NCBI GenBank assembly: GCA_964631205.1
Contig: CAZVWU010000002.1
Location: forward strand, 69,031-133,030
Reading direction: 5' to 3'
From: an uncultured archaeon
GTDB lineage: Archaea > Aenigmatarchaeota > Aenigmatarchaeia > QMZP01 > JACQNV01
Length of the DNA stretch: 64,000 nucleotides
The translations under genes and the position numbers were made by a program. How positions within the stretch are numbered: the first letter of the stretch is position 1; each line of letters begins with the position of its first letter. Below are positions 56,037 through 63,523 of the stretch, piece by piece. The notes beneath the pieces are model-generated. The model saw only the letters and a list, made by a program, of their open reading frames with translations, did no database searches and was not told the origin of the DNA.

Positions 56037-57004
56037 AAATTTAAGTTCCTTGCATAGCTACCGAGTGCACCAGCAAGACCTTTTCTAGGAACAACTACTA
56101 ATTGCGGATCTTCTCTAGCTTTTCGGGCTTCGTGGGGGAATGCGTAACCGCCTTCAACAAAGAACTGGTATCTAAATCCCGCCCTTGCCAAATCAGCTTG
56201 TTGTTTAGGGTCAATCCTATCATTCACTCTCCAAACTTGGCTGTATGGAACATCTTCTTGTTTTGCAAACATCCTTAGCTGGCCTATTTTATCTGTAGTC
56301 CTTTCTTTTCCAATAATCTTACCTTTTGTTATCACACACTGTATACCTTCACCAACATCTTCTTGCCTCAGTCTTCCTTGACTTCCGTAGAGTGTGCAAA
56401 GTTCCCAAGTAGATTTCTCATCCTTCGATGTTGCGAAAACAGGCAAAAGGCCAGAAACCACAAAATATTTATCTCCTTCCTGTTCAGTTGTCCAGGTATC
56501 CCTCATCAGCCTTAATTCGTCCACAGCGTCTGGAAATGGGCTTTGTGTGGCTAACCATGCCTGATAATTCCTTCCTTGTGCTCTTGTCCTCTCATCATAA
56601 AAAGCTTTCTTAAATGCAGCCCTCAATTCTTTTGTTGCCGCTTTGTCAGCTTCAAATTTTTCTACCAAAGGCGCAACTGTTCCTTCTGTTGTACTAGCTA
56701 AAACTGCATCCACTAACCCAGGATTATTAACAATAACCCTATCAACAGTCAAATAATCCTCTGCAACTTCAACAACTGGCCTCAACCTATGAAAAGCCTG
56801 CATCTCTCTGGTTTCTGCAACTGTTCCAACTTCTTCTGCTTCCACCAGTCTTCCAAATAAATATCTTCCAGGTTCTACAGTATTCCAGGCATTAGAAGCA
56901 GTTAAACCGCATTCAGTCACACCGTCATTTACAAATCCTTCAAAACTCAAAGCGACCACTATTTTCGTAGCCGGTTTGTAGACAGCTTCCTGTTGTTCTG
57001 CCAT
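56033..57004 (-). CDS. hypothetical protein, possibly a degenerate HAD-fold paralog lacking the Asp nucleophile
   Basis: IVVALSFEGFVNDGV in place of DxDG, and FATSKDEKS resembling IATTKDKKS of the neighbour. Start moved to the ATG at 57004 behind a TATATAAA box. Confidence 0.4.
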   Translation of the reverse strand: MAEQQEAVYKPATKIVVALSFEGFVNDGVTECGLTASNAWNTVEPGRYLFGRLVEAEEVGTVAETREMQAFHRLRPVVEVAEDYLTVDRVIVNNPGLVDAVLASTTEGTVAPLVEKFEADKAATKELRAAFKKAFYDERTRAQGRNYQAWLATQSPFPDAVDELRLMRDTWTTEQEGDKYFVVSGLLPVFATSKDEKSTWELCTLYGSQGRLRQEDVGEGIQCVITKGKIIGKERTTDKIGQLRMFAKQEDVPYSQVWRVNDRIDPKQQADLARAGFRYQFFVEGGYAFPHEARKAREDPQLVVVPRKGLAGALGSYARNLNF

Positions 57005-57062
57005 AAATATCTTCAAATATTGACAGCAAACTATATAAATCTTATATTTCATTATTTATTCT

Positions 57063-58104
57063 ATGGTTAGAGTCTCTGCGCCAGGCAATTTGTTTTTACT
57101 GGGGGAACATGCAGTGGTAATATGAAAGGTACGCATTTATAGGCGCTCCTGACAGGCGAACAACTGTGACAACTAGACCAAGAACAGATGGGAAAATATT
57201 TGTTGTTTCTAGAGATTATGGGCAATTCGATGATACTGTAGACGAGGCTGTTAAAAGGCAATTTCCAGACACTGTAAGCTATGGCGCTTCTGATATAGGA
57301 GCCCTCGAAGGCGATGCTGTGATGAACCCTGCTAGAGATGTAATCGGCGAATTTGGAAGAAGATACGGGCTTGGTAATGGCCTGGATATTTACATAGAAT
57401 CTAATATTTCCAGAACAGGTGGAATGAGTAGTTCGACGGGATTGTCCTGTTCATTATGGGGCGCACTTAGCCAGCAAGTCAGGCACACTGTTACTAAAGA
57501 TGAATTCTGGGGAATTGCTTATCCTGTAAACGTGAAAGTTCATGGAGGAGCAGCTTCCGGAGCTGAAATCCATTCAAGTGTTCATGGGGGCTACCACAAA
57601 GTCAGGATAGACAGAAGTTCAGGAAAGCCAGTTGCAGTTGCACAAAAATTAGCAGGCATAGCTCCTTGTACACTAATAGTTGGCAATTCTGGTGTCAGAA
57701 CACAAACAAGAAAGACAGTCCCTTATGTAGCCGAAGGAAGAAGAAATGACACAGCTTCTTATGAAGCTGTATTTACACAAATAGGGCTACTGACAGAAAA
57801 GGCAACAGGATTATTTGAATCTGGTGATCTAAGTGGTGTAGGGTCCTGTATGGACGAAGACCATGAACTTCTTGCAAGAGAATTGGGGGTCTCCCATCCA
57901 AAGCTAAACAGGATGGCAAGAGCAGCTAAAAATGCAGGTGCATTTGGAGCTAAAATGGCTGGTGGCGGAAAGGGCGGAATAATAATAGCGCTTGCGAATC
58001 CAGATACAGAGTGGGACGTGACTCATGCGATACAGATGGTTGGTGCAGAAGAGGTTTATAAAACAGTTCTCGGCGGAGAAGGATTAAAAATAGAAGAAGG
58101 TTAA
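57063..58104 (+). pseudogene. mevalonate-kinase-like GHMP kinase (paralog A) with a +1 frameshift at ~57120
   Basis: ATG 57063 gives MVRVSAPGNLFLLGEHAVV then a stop. The next frame continues YERYAFIGAPDRRTTVTTRPRTDGKIFVVS, collinear with paralog B. GGMSSSTG and GGGKGG motifs. Length is 3n+1. Confidence 0.7.
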
Positions 58105-58170
58105 TTGTTCTGTAGTACGTGCAAGCGGTAATAAGTTTATAAAGCTTCCTGCCAATAACTGCTAATTCAT

Positions 58171-59220
58171 ATGTCAAAATTTTCTGCGCCAGGTAATGTG
58201 TTCTTTTTAGGCGAGCATTCAATAGTCTATGGAAGGCCGGCTATTGTAGCTGCTGCTAATTTCAGGACGCACGCCCACGTAAAGAAAAGGGAAGACAATA
58301 AAATTGTTCTTAATTCTGAAAACTATGGAAGTTTTGAGCACACCTTAGAAGATTTAAAAAATAAAGAGTGGGTTGTTAAACTCGCAACACCAACAGAGCA
58401 GGCAAAAAATGATTACAAGCCTGATGGGAAAATAATGGAAGTTCTTGCTCCAGCTAAAGATTTGATAGGAAGACTGGCACAAATTCATGATTTAAAAAAT
58501 GGGTTTGAATTGAATTTAAAATCAGAAATTCCAAAGGAATCTGGTGGAATGAGCTCGTCTACAGCTTTCTTGTCTTCTGTCTTGGGGGCTTTAAATCACG
58601 AATTCGAATTGGGTATAGACCACCAGAATTTTTTTGATGTGCTTCTTCCATTCCAAATAAAAATCCATGGAGGAGCCGCTTCAGGAGCTGAAATAACTTC
58701 AAGCTCCCTAGGCGGCTATAACTGGGTAAAAAGAGATTTAACAAAAACACCACCTGTTTTGGAAAGAAAAAATCTGGGGAAGCAAGATTTCAATTTAGTT
58801 ATTGGAAATACAGGTGTAGCTGGATTAACAGCAGAGACAGTTCCATATGTCAGAAGCGGCTTTAATGGGGACAATTCTTCTTATAACGCGGTTTTTGACA
58901 GGATAGCAGAGCTTGTTTCAGCAGCTGAAAAAGCAATTAAGTCAGGGGATGCAAAATTATTAGGGCAATTAATGGATGAAGACCATGAACTTTTGGCAAG
59001 GGATTTAGGCGTCTCCCACCCAAAATTAAACAAGCTTGTTGATACTGCCAGAAAAGCTGGAGCGTATGGTGCAAAGCTTTCTGGTGGAGGGAAGGGCGGT
59101 GTAATTGTTGCTTTGGTAAATAAAGACTCACAGGAAAAGGTTGCAAAAGCAATACAGGCAGCAGGCGGTCATGCTTATCTGACAACTGTTGGCGGGCACG
59201 GTTTGCAAAAACACGACTAA
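58171..59220 (+). CDS. mvk: mevalonate kinase (GHMP kinase, paralog B)
   Basis: SAPGNVFFLGEHSIVYGRPAI, GGMSSSTA and KLSGGGKGG motifs. Confidence 0.75.
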   Translation: MSKFSAPGNVFFLGEHSIVYGRPAIVAAANFRTHAHVKKREDNKIVLNSENYGSFEHTLEDLKNKEWVVKLATPTEQAKNDYKPDGKIMEVLAPAKDLIGRLAQIHDLKNGFELNLKSEIPKESGGMSSSTAFLSSVLGALNHEFELGIDHQNFFDVLLPFQIKIHGGAASGAEITSSSLGGYNWVKRDLTKTPPVLERKNLGKQDFNLVIGNTGVAGLTAETVPYVRSGFNGDNSSYNAVFDRIAELVSAAEKAIKSGDAKLLGQLMDEDHELLARDLGVSHPKLNKLVDTARKAGAYGAKLSGGGKGGVIVALVNKDSQEKVAKAIQAAGGHAYLTTVGGHGLQKHD

Positions 59221-59639
59221 GACATAACCTGGAAATCAATATCACTCACAGCACCCTTTCTTCTCACACCTAATTGCTCCAGACAGTAAACAACTCTCTG
59301 TATAATATCCTTGTCCTTTTCGAGCTCCTGCCTATTCTTTAATACCTCTATAGCAATTTCCCTGTAAACACCTTTTAGATTCCTGCCAATTTCGAGTATT
59401 ATATGAGTACAGCTCTGCCTAATCTTTTTATCCCCGGTATCAAGCTTGTTAATAAGAAAATCAAAACCTTCTCTTCCAGCTGCCGTGAAAATCGCGAATA
59501 CCATATAATTAACTCTCCTAACCCTTTCTGCGAACTGCTCATCTATAGTACCCAAGGCGTTCATTATCTCTACATACCTATCCAACGATTCGCACTGTTG
59601 AAACTGTCCAACCAGCGAATCGAAATTTTCTTTTCCCAT
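59217..59639 (-). CDS. hypothetical helical protein (140 aa)
   Basis: ORF only. Confidence 0.4.
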   Translation of the reverse strand: MGKENFDSLVGQFQQCESLDRYVEIMNALGTIDEQFAERVRRVNYMVFAIFTAAGREGFDFLINKLDTGDKKIRQSCTHIILEIGRNLKGVYREIAIEVLKNRQELEKDKDIIQRVVYCLEQLGVRRKGAVSDIDFQVMS

Positions 59640-59783
59640 AGCATAAAGTGACGTGCGCTAACGAATTCTCTGCGCTGGACATGTTAGCACAACATCACTA
59701 CTTATACATGATAATGCAATTTATTAACTTTTGTTGTCCATAAAGGACTACAACTTTATAAATTCAAAATACAATTGTAAGAT

Positions 59784-60515
59784 ATGGACAAAGAAGAAGT
59801 CTTAAAGCTGTTCGGTTTGGATGAATATGAGATCAAGGTTTATCTCGCCCTTTTGGCATCCGGTTCTGCCAAAGTAAACCAGATAGCAAAAAAGCTTGGC
59901 ATGCCAAGAACAACGGTTTACAGGATCCTAGATTACTTAATACTAAAGGGGCTTGTAAGCTATGTAATAAAATCAGGCATAAAACACTTCGAGACAGCAG
60001 ATCCTAAAAACTTACTTAGTATCTTAAAAGAGAAGCAGAAATATATCGAGGACATATTACCGGAACTTGAAGGCATGAGGGCTTCTTTGAAAGAAAAGCC
60101 GGAAATAGAAGTTTACGAAGGGAAAGAAGGGATAAAATCCATAATGGACGACTTGATAAATGAGGAGAAGACTATATCTGCGTTCTCATCCACCAAAGAT
60201 ATTTTCAACTTACTTCAATATTATACCCCCAACTTTATCAAAAGACGTGTTAAATTTGGAATACACATCAAACTAATCACAGAGAAAACAGAACAAACAA
60301 AAAAAGAACTGAAAGCAAAAGACAGGGTCGAGCTAAGAGAAACAAGATTTATACCCAAAATAGGCCAAATACCGAACACAATATATATCTATGGAAACAA
60401 AGTGGCAATTTTAAACACCGATATAAAAAATCCTCAAGGCATACTGATCCAAAATAAAAATTTCGCAGAAACCCAAAAACTCCTATTCGATTTTATTTGG
60501 GATAAAATCAGTTAA
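59784..60515 (+). CDS. TrmB-family transcriptional regulator
   Basis: LGLDEYEIKVYLALLASGSAKVNQIAKKLGMPRTTVYRILDYLILKGLV winged-helix N-terminus. Confidence 0.85.
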   Translation: MDKEEVLKLFGLDEYEIKVYLALLASGSAKVNQIAKKLGMPRTTVYRILDYLILKGLVSYVIKSGIKHFETADPKNLLSILKEKQKYIEDILPELEGMRASLKEKPEIEVYEGKEGIKSIMDDLINEEKTISAFSSTKDIFNLLQYYTPNFIKRRVKFGIHIKLITEKTEQTKKELKAKDRVELRETRFIPKIGQIPNTIYIYGNKVAILNTDIKNPQGILIQNKNFAETQKLLFDFIWDKIS

Positions 60516-60558
60516 AATATGCCTTTTTAAATCTACCTGAGAAATCCCTTTATTTACT

Positions 60559-61674
60559 ATGCTAAAAGTCTCTGCGCCCGGGAAACTCTTTTTGACAGGC
60601 GAATGGGCTGTTTTGGAGGTTGGAAATCCGGGGATTGTAACAGCAGTAGATAAAAGAGTGTTTGTCGAGCTGGAGGAAGCTGATAGAATTACTCTGGATT
60701 TACCTGAGTTTAATATGGAAAATTTACAAGCGGATTTTGATGGGAGAATTTTGTCATGGTCAAGGCAGATTACTGATAAAGAGAAAACAGACCTGATTTT
60801 TATAAAAGGCGCAATTGAAACAACCCTCCAATATCTGGGAAGCGGCAAAAAATTCAGAATTAAAAGTTATGGCGGAGACACCCAGATGGAGATAAACGGC
60901 CAGAAAAAGAAAATAGGATTTGGCTCCTCTGCAGCTGCGGTGGTGGCAACGGTCGCCGGTTTATTGAATTTTCACGGGTATGACATAAAAAATAGGCAGG
61001 TAAAGGACACTATTTATAAACTCTCAACAATTGCGCATTTTTTTGCACAAGGGAAAGTTGGCTCTGCTTTTGATGTGGCAGCTTCAACCTACGGCGGAAT
61101 GTTTGTTTACAAAAGGTTTGATCCGAAATGGCTCGCAGAAAAACTTAATTCAGGATCTTCTGTAAAGCAAGCTGTGGAAGAAAAGTGGCCTGGATTTGAA
61201 GTCGAAGAATTAACTGTTCCAGAAGACTTTAATCTTCTTGTGGGCTGGACAAAAGATTCAGCATCCACGTCTGCCATGGTAAAGCAGATGGATTCGTTCA
61301 AAACCGGAAAACCAGAAGAGTATAAAAAATGTTATGATAATATCGCAAACCTAGTAAGAGAACTTATACCAGAGTGGAAGAATTTTAATAAAGAAGCTTT
61401 TGTTGAAATCCTAAAACAAAACCAAAATCATCTAAGAGAACTTGGCCAACTTTCTGGCGTAAACATAGAAACACCAGAGCTGAAAAAAATGGCTGAGATC
61501 GCAAACGCAAATGGAGCTGCTGGAAAGCTTTCTGGAGCAGGTGGAGGGGATTGCGGCATAGCTGTATGCTTTGATTCTGAAACAGCCAGCAAAATCAGGG
61601 AAGAATGGACAAAAGCTGGGATATACCCAATAGATACCGCATTGGACAAAGATGGTGTAAGAATAGAAAACTGA
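60559..61674 (+). CDS. phosphomevalonate kinase-like GHMP kinase (ERG8 type)
   Basis: SAPGKLFLTGEWAVLEVGNPGIVTAVD, GFGSSAAAVVA and KLSGAGGGDCG motifs. Confidence 0.7.
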   Translation: MLKVSAPGKLFLTGEWAVLEVGNPGIVTAVDKRVFVELEEADRITLDLPEFNMENLQADFDGRILSWSRQITDKEKTDLIFIKGAIETTLQYLGSGKKFRIKSYGGDTQMEINGQKKKIGFGSSAAAVVATVAGLLNFHGYDIKNRQVKDTIYKLSTIAHFFAQGKVGSAFDVAASTYGGMFVYKRFDPKWLAEKLNSGSSVKQAVEEKWPGFEVEELTVPEDFNLLVGWTKDSASTSAMVKQMDSFKTGKPEEYKKCYDNIANLVRELIPEWKNFNKEAFVEILKQNQNHLRELGQLSGVNIETPELKKMAEIANANGAAGKLSGAGGGDCGIAVCFDSETASKIREEWTKAGIYPIDTALDKDGVRIEN

Positions 61675-61732
61675 GTCAAAAACTGCTCTGGTCAATAGAT
61701 GTTTTTGACTGTTGTATTCCTGTGTGGAATAC
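61675..61732. terminator. two perfect hairpins between convergent genes
   Basis: GTCAAAAAC...GTTTTTGAC (61675-61709) and GTATTCC-tgtgt-GGAATAC (61714-61732). Confidence 0.35.
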
Positions 61733-61745
61733 CAGAATTTAATCT

Positions 61746-62084
61746 TCAGTATAAAAGAGGCAGCCTCTTGGCTGTCATCCCTTTGTTGTAATGTGGGCCC
61801 CCGACATCCCCTAATTCCGATAAAATAGTGAGTTCTGATTTATTCAATTTAAGGAGATATGTATTATTTTTCATCTGCTTTAGATCCTTTAGTATCCTGG
61901 GCGAGTTTATTTTTCTTTTTAAGGAGCTTGCATTCAACATCTCGCTGTAGAAATGGAGCCTGTCAAAGTAGTATTCTTTGTGGTTGCCCCCCCTATAATT
62001 TTTTCCGAAGCTCTCCAAACTGTTAATCACATGAGCAACCTCAAGATAAAATTTATGGAGCTTTCTGCAAGCATGAAGAAGCAT
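61746..62084 (-). CDS. hypothetical protein (112 aa)
   Basis: ORF only; weak support. Confidence 0.3.
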   Translation of the reverse strand: MLLHACRKLHKFYLEVAHVINSLESFGKNYRGGNHKEYYFDRLHFYSEMLNASSLKRKINSPRILKDLKQMKNNTYLLKLNKSELTILSELGDVGGPHYNKGMTAKRLPLLY

Positions 62085-62115
62085 TTTAAAGACTTGGTTG
62101 AACTACTATTTAAAA

Positions 62116-62274
62116 TTATACCAGCAAGAACTTGAATGTGATTTCCAAGATAATTATTGCAACAGAGCCGATTGCCACATGCTCAGGCTTTAGTTTTATC
62201 GAATCTTCAGCCTCTTCATAATATCTCATCAGCCCAGCACTGCTCTGCGGCATATACATCTTATCTTTTGGCAT
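62116..62274 (-). CDS. secG: preprotein translocase subunit Sec61beta (52 aa; below the ORF-track cutoff)
   Basis: My translation is MPKDKMYMPQSSAGLMRYYEEAEDSIKLKPEHVAIGSVAIIILEITFKFLLV. It has the SSAGLxRYY motif plus a C-terminal TM, as in archaeal Sec61beta. Confidence 0.7.
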   Translation of the reverse strand: MPKDKMYMPQSSAGLMRYYEEAEDSIKLKPEHVAIGSVAIIILEITFKFLLV

Positions 62275-62339
62275 ATCAACTTAACTTATAATAAAGCTAT
62301 TTAAGCATATAAATAAATTGTGTGCAGTGCATAGCCCAC

Positions 62340-62640
62340 TTTTTGTACATGCTAGCCTTTTCCGGCAGATGTCTTATGTGCTTTTTGCATGTTGGTAGAT
62401 TTGTCTTAGCCCTGTAACCAGGTTGCACGCCACACGCTGATATATTTCACTTACAATTGCTTTCGAAGTTCTGCATTTCTGCATCATGACTCAAGCAGTA
62501 TAATCTTTTCTGCTACCAGCGAATCTTCTCAGAGTTACGCCTCACGGCATTGTGTTGGGACTTCCCACGTGAATGGAGCTTCCTCATCTAGCCTTTTACG
62601 AGAGGCTTCCGCCTTCTGCAAAAGTCTACAGTACCCAAAA
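62340..62640 (-). ncRNA. candidate structured ncRNA with RNase P RNA-like motifs (boundaries uncertain)
   Basis: In minus-strand sense: GGGAAGUCC (62557-62565), ACAGGGCUAAG (62404-62414), UGUAAGUGAAA (62444-62454), and a hairpin AGCCU-n8-AGGCU (62589-62606). AGUCC can pair with GGGCU as in P4. No plausible CDS in the region. Confidence 0.3.
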
Positions 62641-62774
62641 GTGTGACCTTCTGGAACTGATTTCAACGAACTACCTGCACTGCTCACTAAAAGAGTGATA
62701 GTTTGATAGTTTATATTGGTTTTCCATAGACACAAATATACATCTAACATCCTATCGGTGAGCAGGTACAAAGC

Positions 62775-62795
62775 CTTATATAACAGTGTTATATA
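62775..62795. promoter_or_regulatory. palindrome copy 7, extended to 21 nt (TTATATAACAGTGTTATATAA); possible promoter/operator for the downstream minus-strand non-coding region
   Basis: Read directly. Both halves contain TATA-like sequence. Confidence 0.5.
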
Positions 62796-62878
62796 AACTA
62801 GAGTGACTGCCCGAGTATTTAATCGAACTTTTCCAAACATGAATTAAATAAAGCAGCGGCTACTTCTATTAAAAGTTG

Positions 62879-62961
62879 AAAAATTTCTTGAGCCGAAGCG
62901 AAAGAAATTCAGTTTTCTTTTAGTTCAGTTTTTCTTTGGATAGCGTTACCAGAAAGAAAAA
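62879..62961 (-). repeat. multi-hairpin repeat family, copy C, ~30 nt past the 23S 3' end
   Basis: aatttctt-gagccgaagcga-aagaaatt plus ttttctttgg...ccagaaagaaaa, in the same order and orientation as copy A. Confidence 0.6.
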
Positions 62962-63420
62962 GTGATGGGTGAGTTAGATTCCAATTGACAGAGAGGACTC
63001 AGTTGGGGGTTGGTGACCGTGAGCTGAATGCCTCGTTACCTCGGCACTTACACCCCGGTTCCATCAAACCTGTCGTCTACAGGACCCTCCTTCGCGCTCC
63101 GCTATTAGAGGATGGACGACTTGAATTATTTTTCGCAAGTCGTCGGTCTGTCGCCTAGCAGGTTGCGAAATAGTTGCCTCTTTTCAGGGACGGGTTCGCG
63201 CTTAGATGCTTTCAGCGCTAATCCGCCAATCGCGTAGCTACCCAGCAACACAGTGATGACTGGTACACCAGAGGCGACGGTGCAGTGTTCCTTTCGTACT
63301 AATTGCACCTTCCCTTCAGGCAACTGACACCTTCAGTAGATATAGACCGTACTGGCTCGCACCGTACTTAACCCAGCTAACGTGGCTTTTTGATGGGTGA
63401 ACACCCCCACCCTTGGCTGC

Positions 63421-63523
63421 TTTCAGAACTTGTTCTTCGTGGAAGGCGTAAAAATTTCTGAACCGAAGTGAAGAAATTTTAGCCTCCTCTTTTGATTAAC
63501 CTTTTCTCTTGAAGAAAAGGTTA
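63421..63523 (-). repeat. multi-hairpin repeat family, copy A: 103-nt insertion in the 23S rRNA (H91-equivalent loop)
   Basis: Interrupts CCUGGCUGUGCAGCA / GCAGCCAAGGGU. Flanked by gctgc at 63416-63420 and 63525-63529. Confidence 0.7.

Noticed and set aside
56033-58104. Apparent higher GC of the HAD-like/MK-A segment as evidence for a recent foreign insertion
   Set aside because: Spot counts (about 43 percent versus about 38 percent GC in 60-nt samples) are too small and noisy to support a compositional island without a proper sliding-window calculation.
62535-62840. 101-aa minus-strand ORF in the 62.3-62.9 kb region
   Set aside because: It would start upstream of and read through the 21-nt palindrome, and its composition (Cys/Trp/Tyr-rich) is atypical. 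The region is better explained as non-coding RNA plus promoter.
62100-62990. 5S rRNA or tRNA downstream of the 23S rRNA
   Set aside because: I looked on the minus strand for 5S signatures (for example CCGAAC..GAAGUUAAGC) and for tRNA cloverleaf ends and did not find them. Absence by eye is not proof.
63126-63323. 65-aa minus-strand ORF
   Set aside because: It lies inside the 23S rRNA, spanning the sarcin-ricin loop and GCUGAAAGCAUCUAAG regions.
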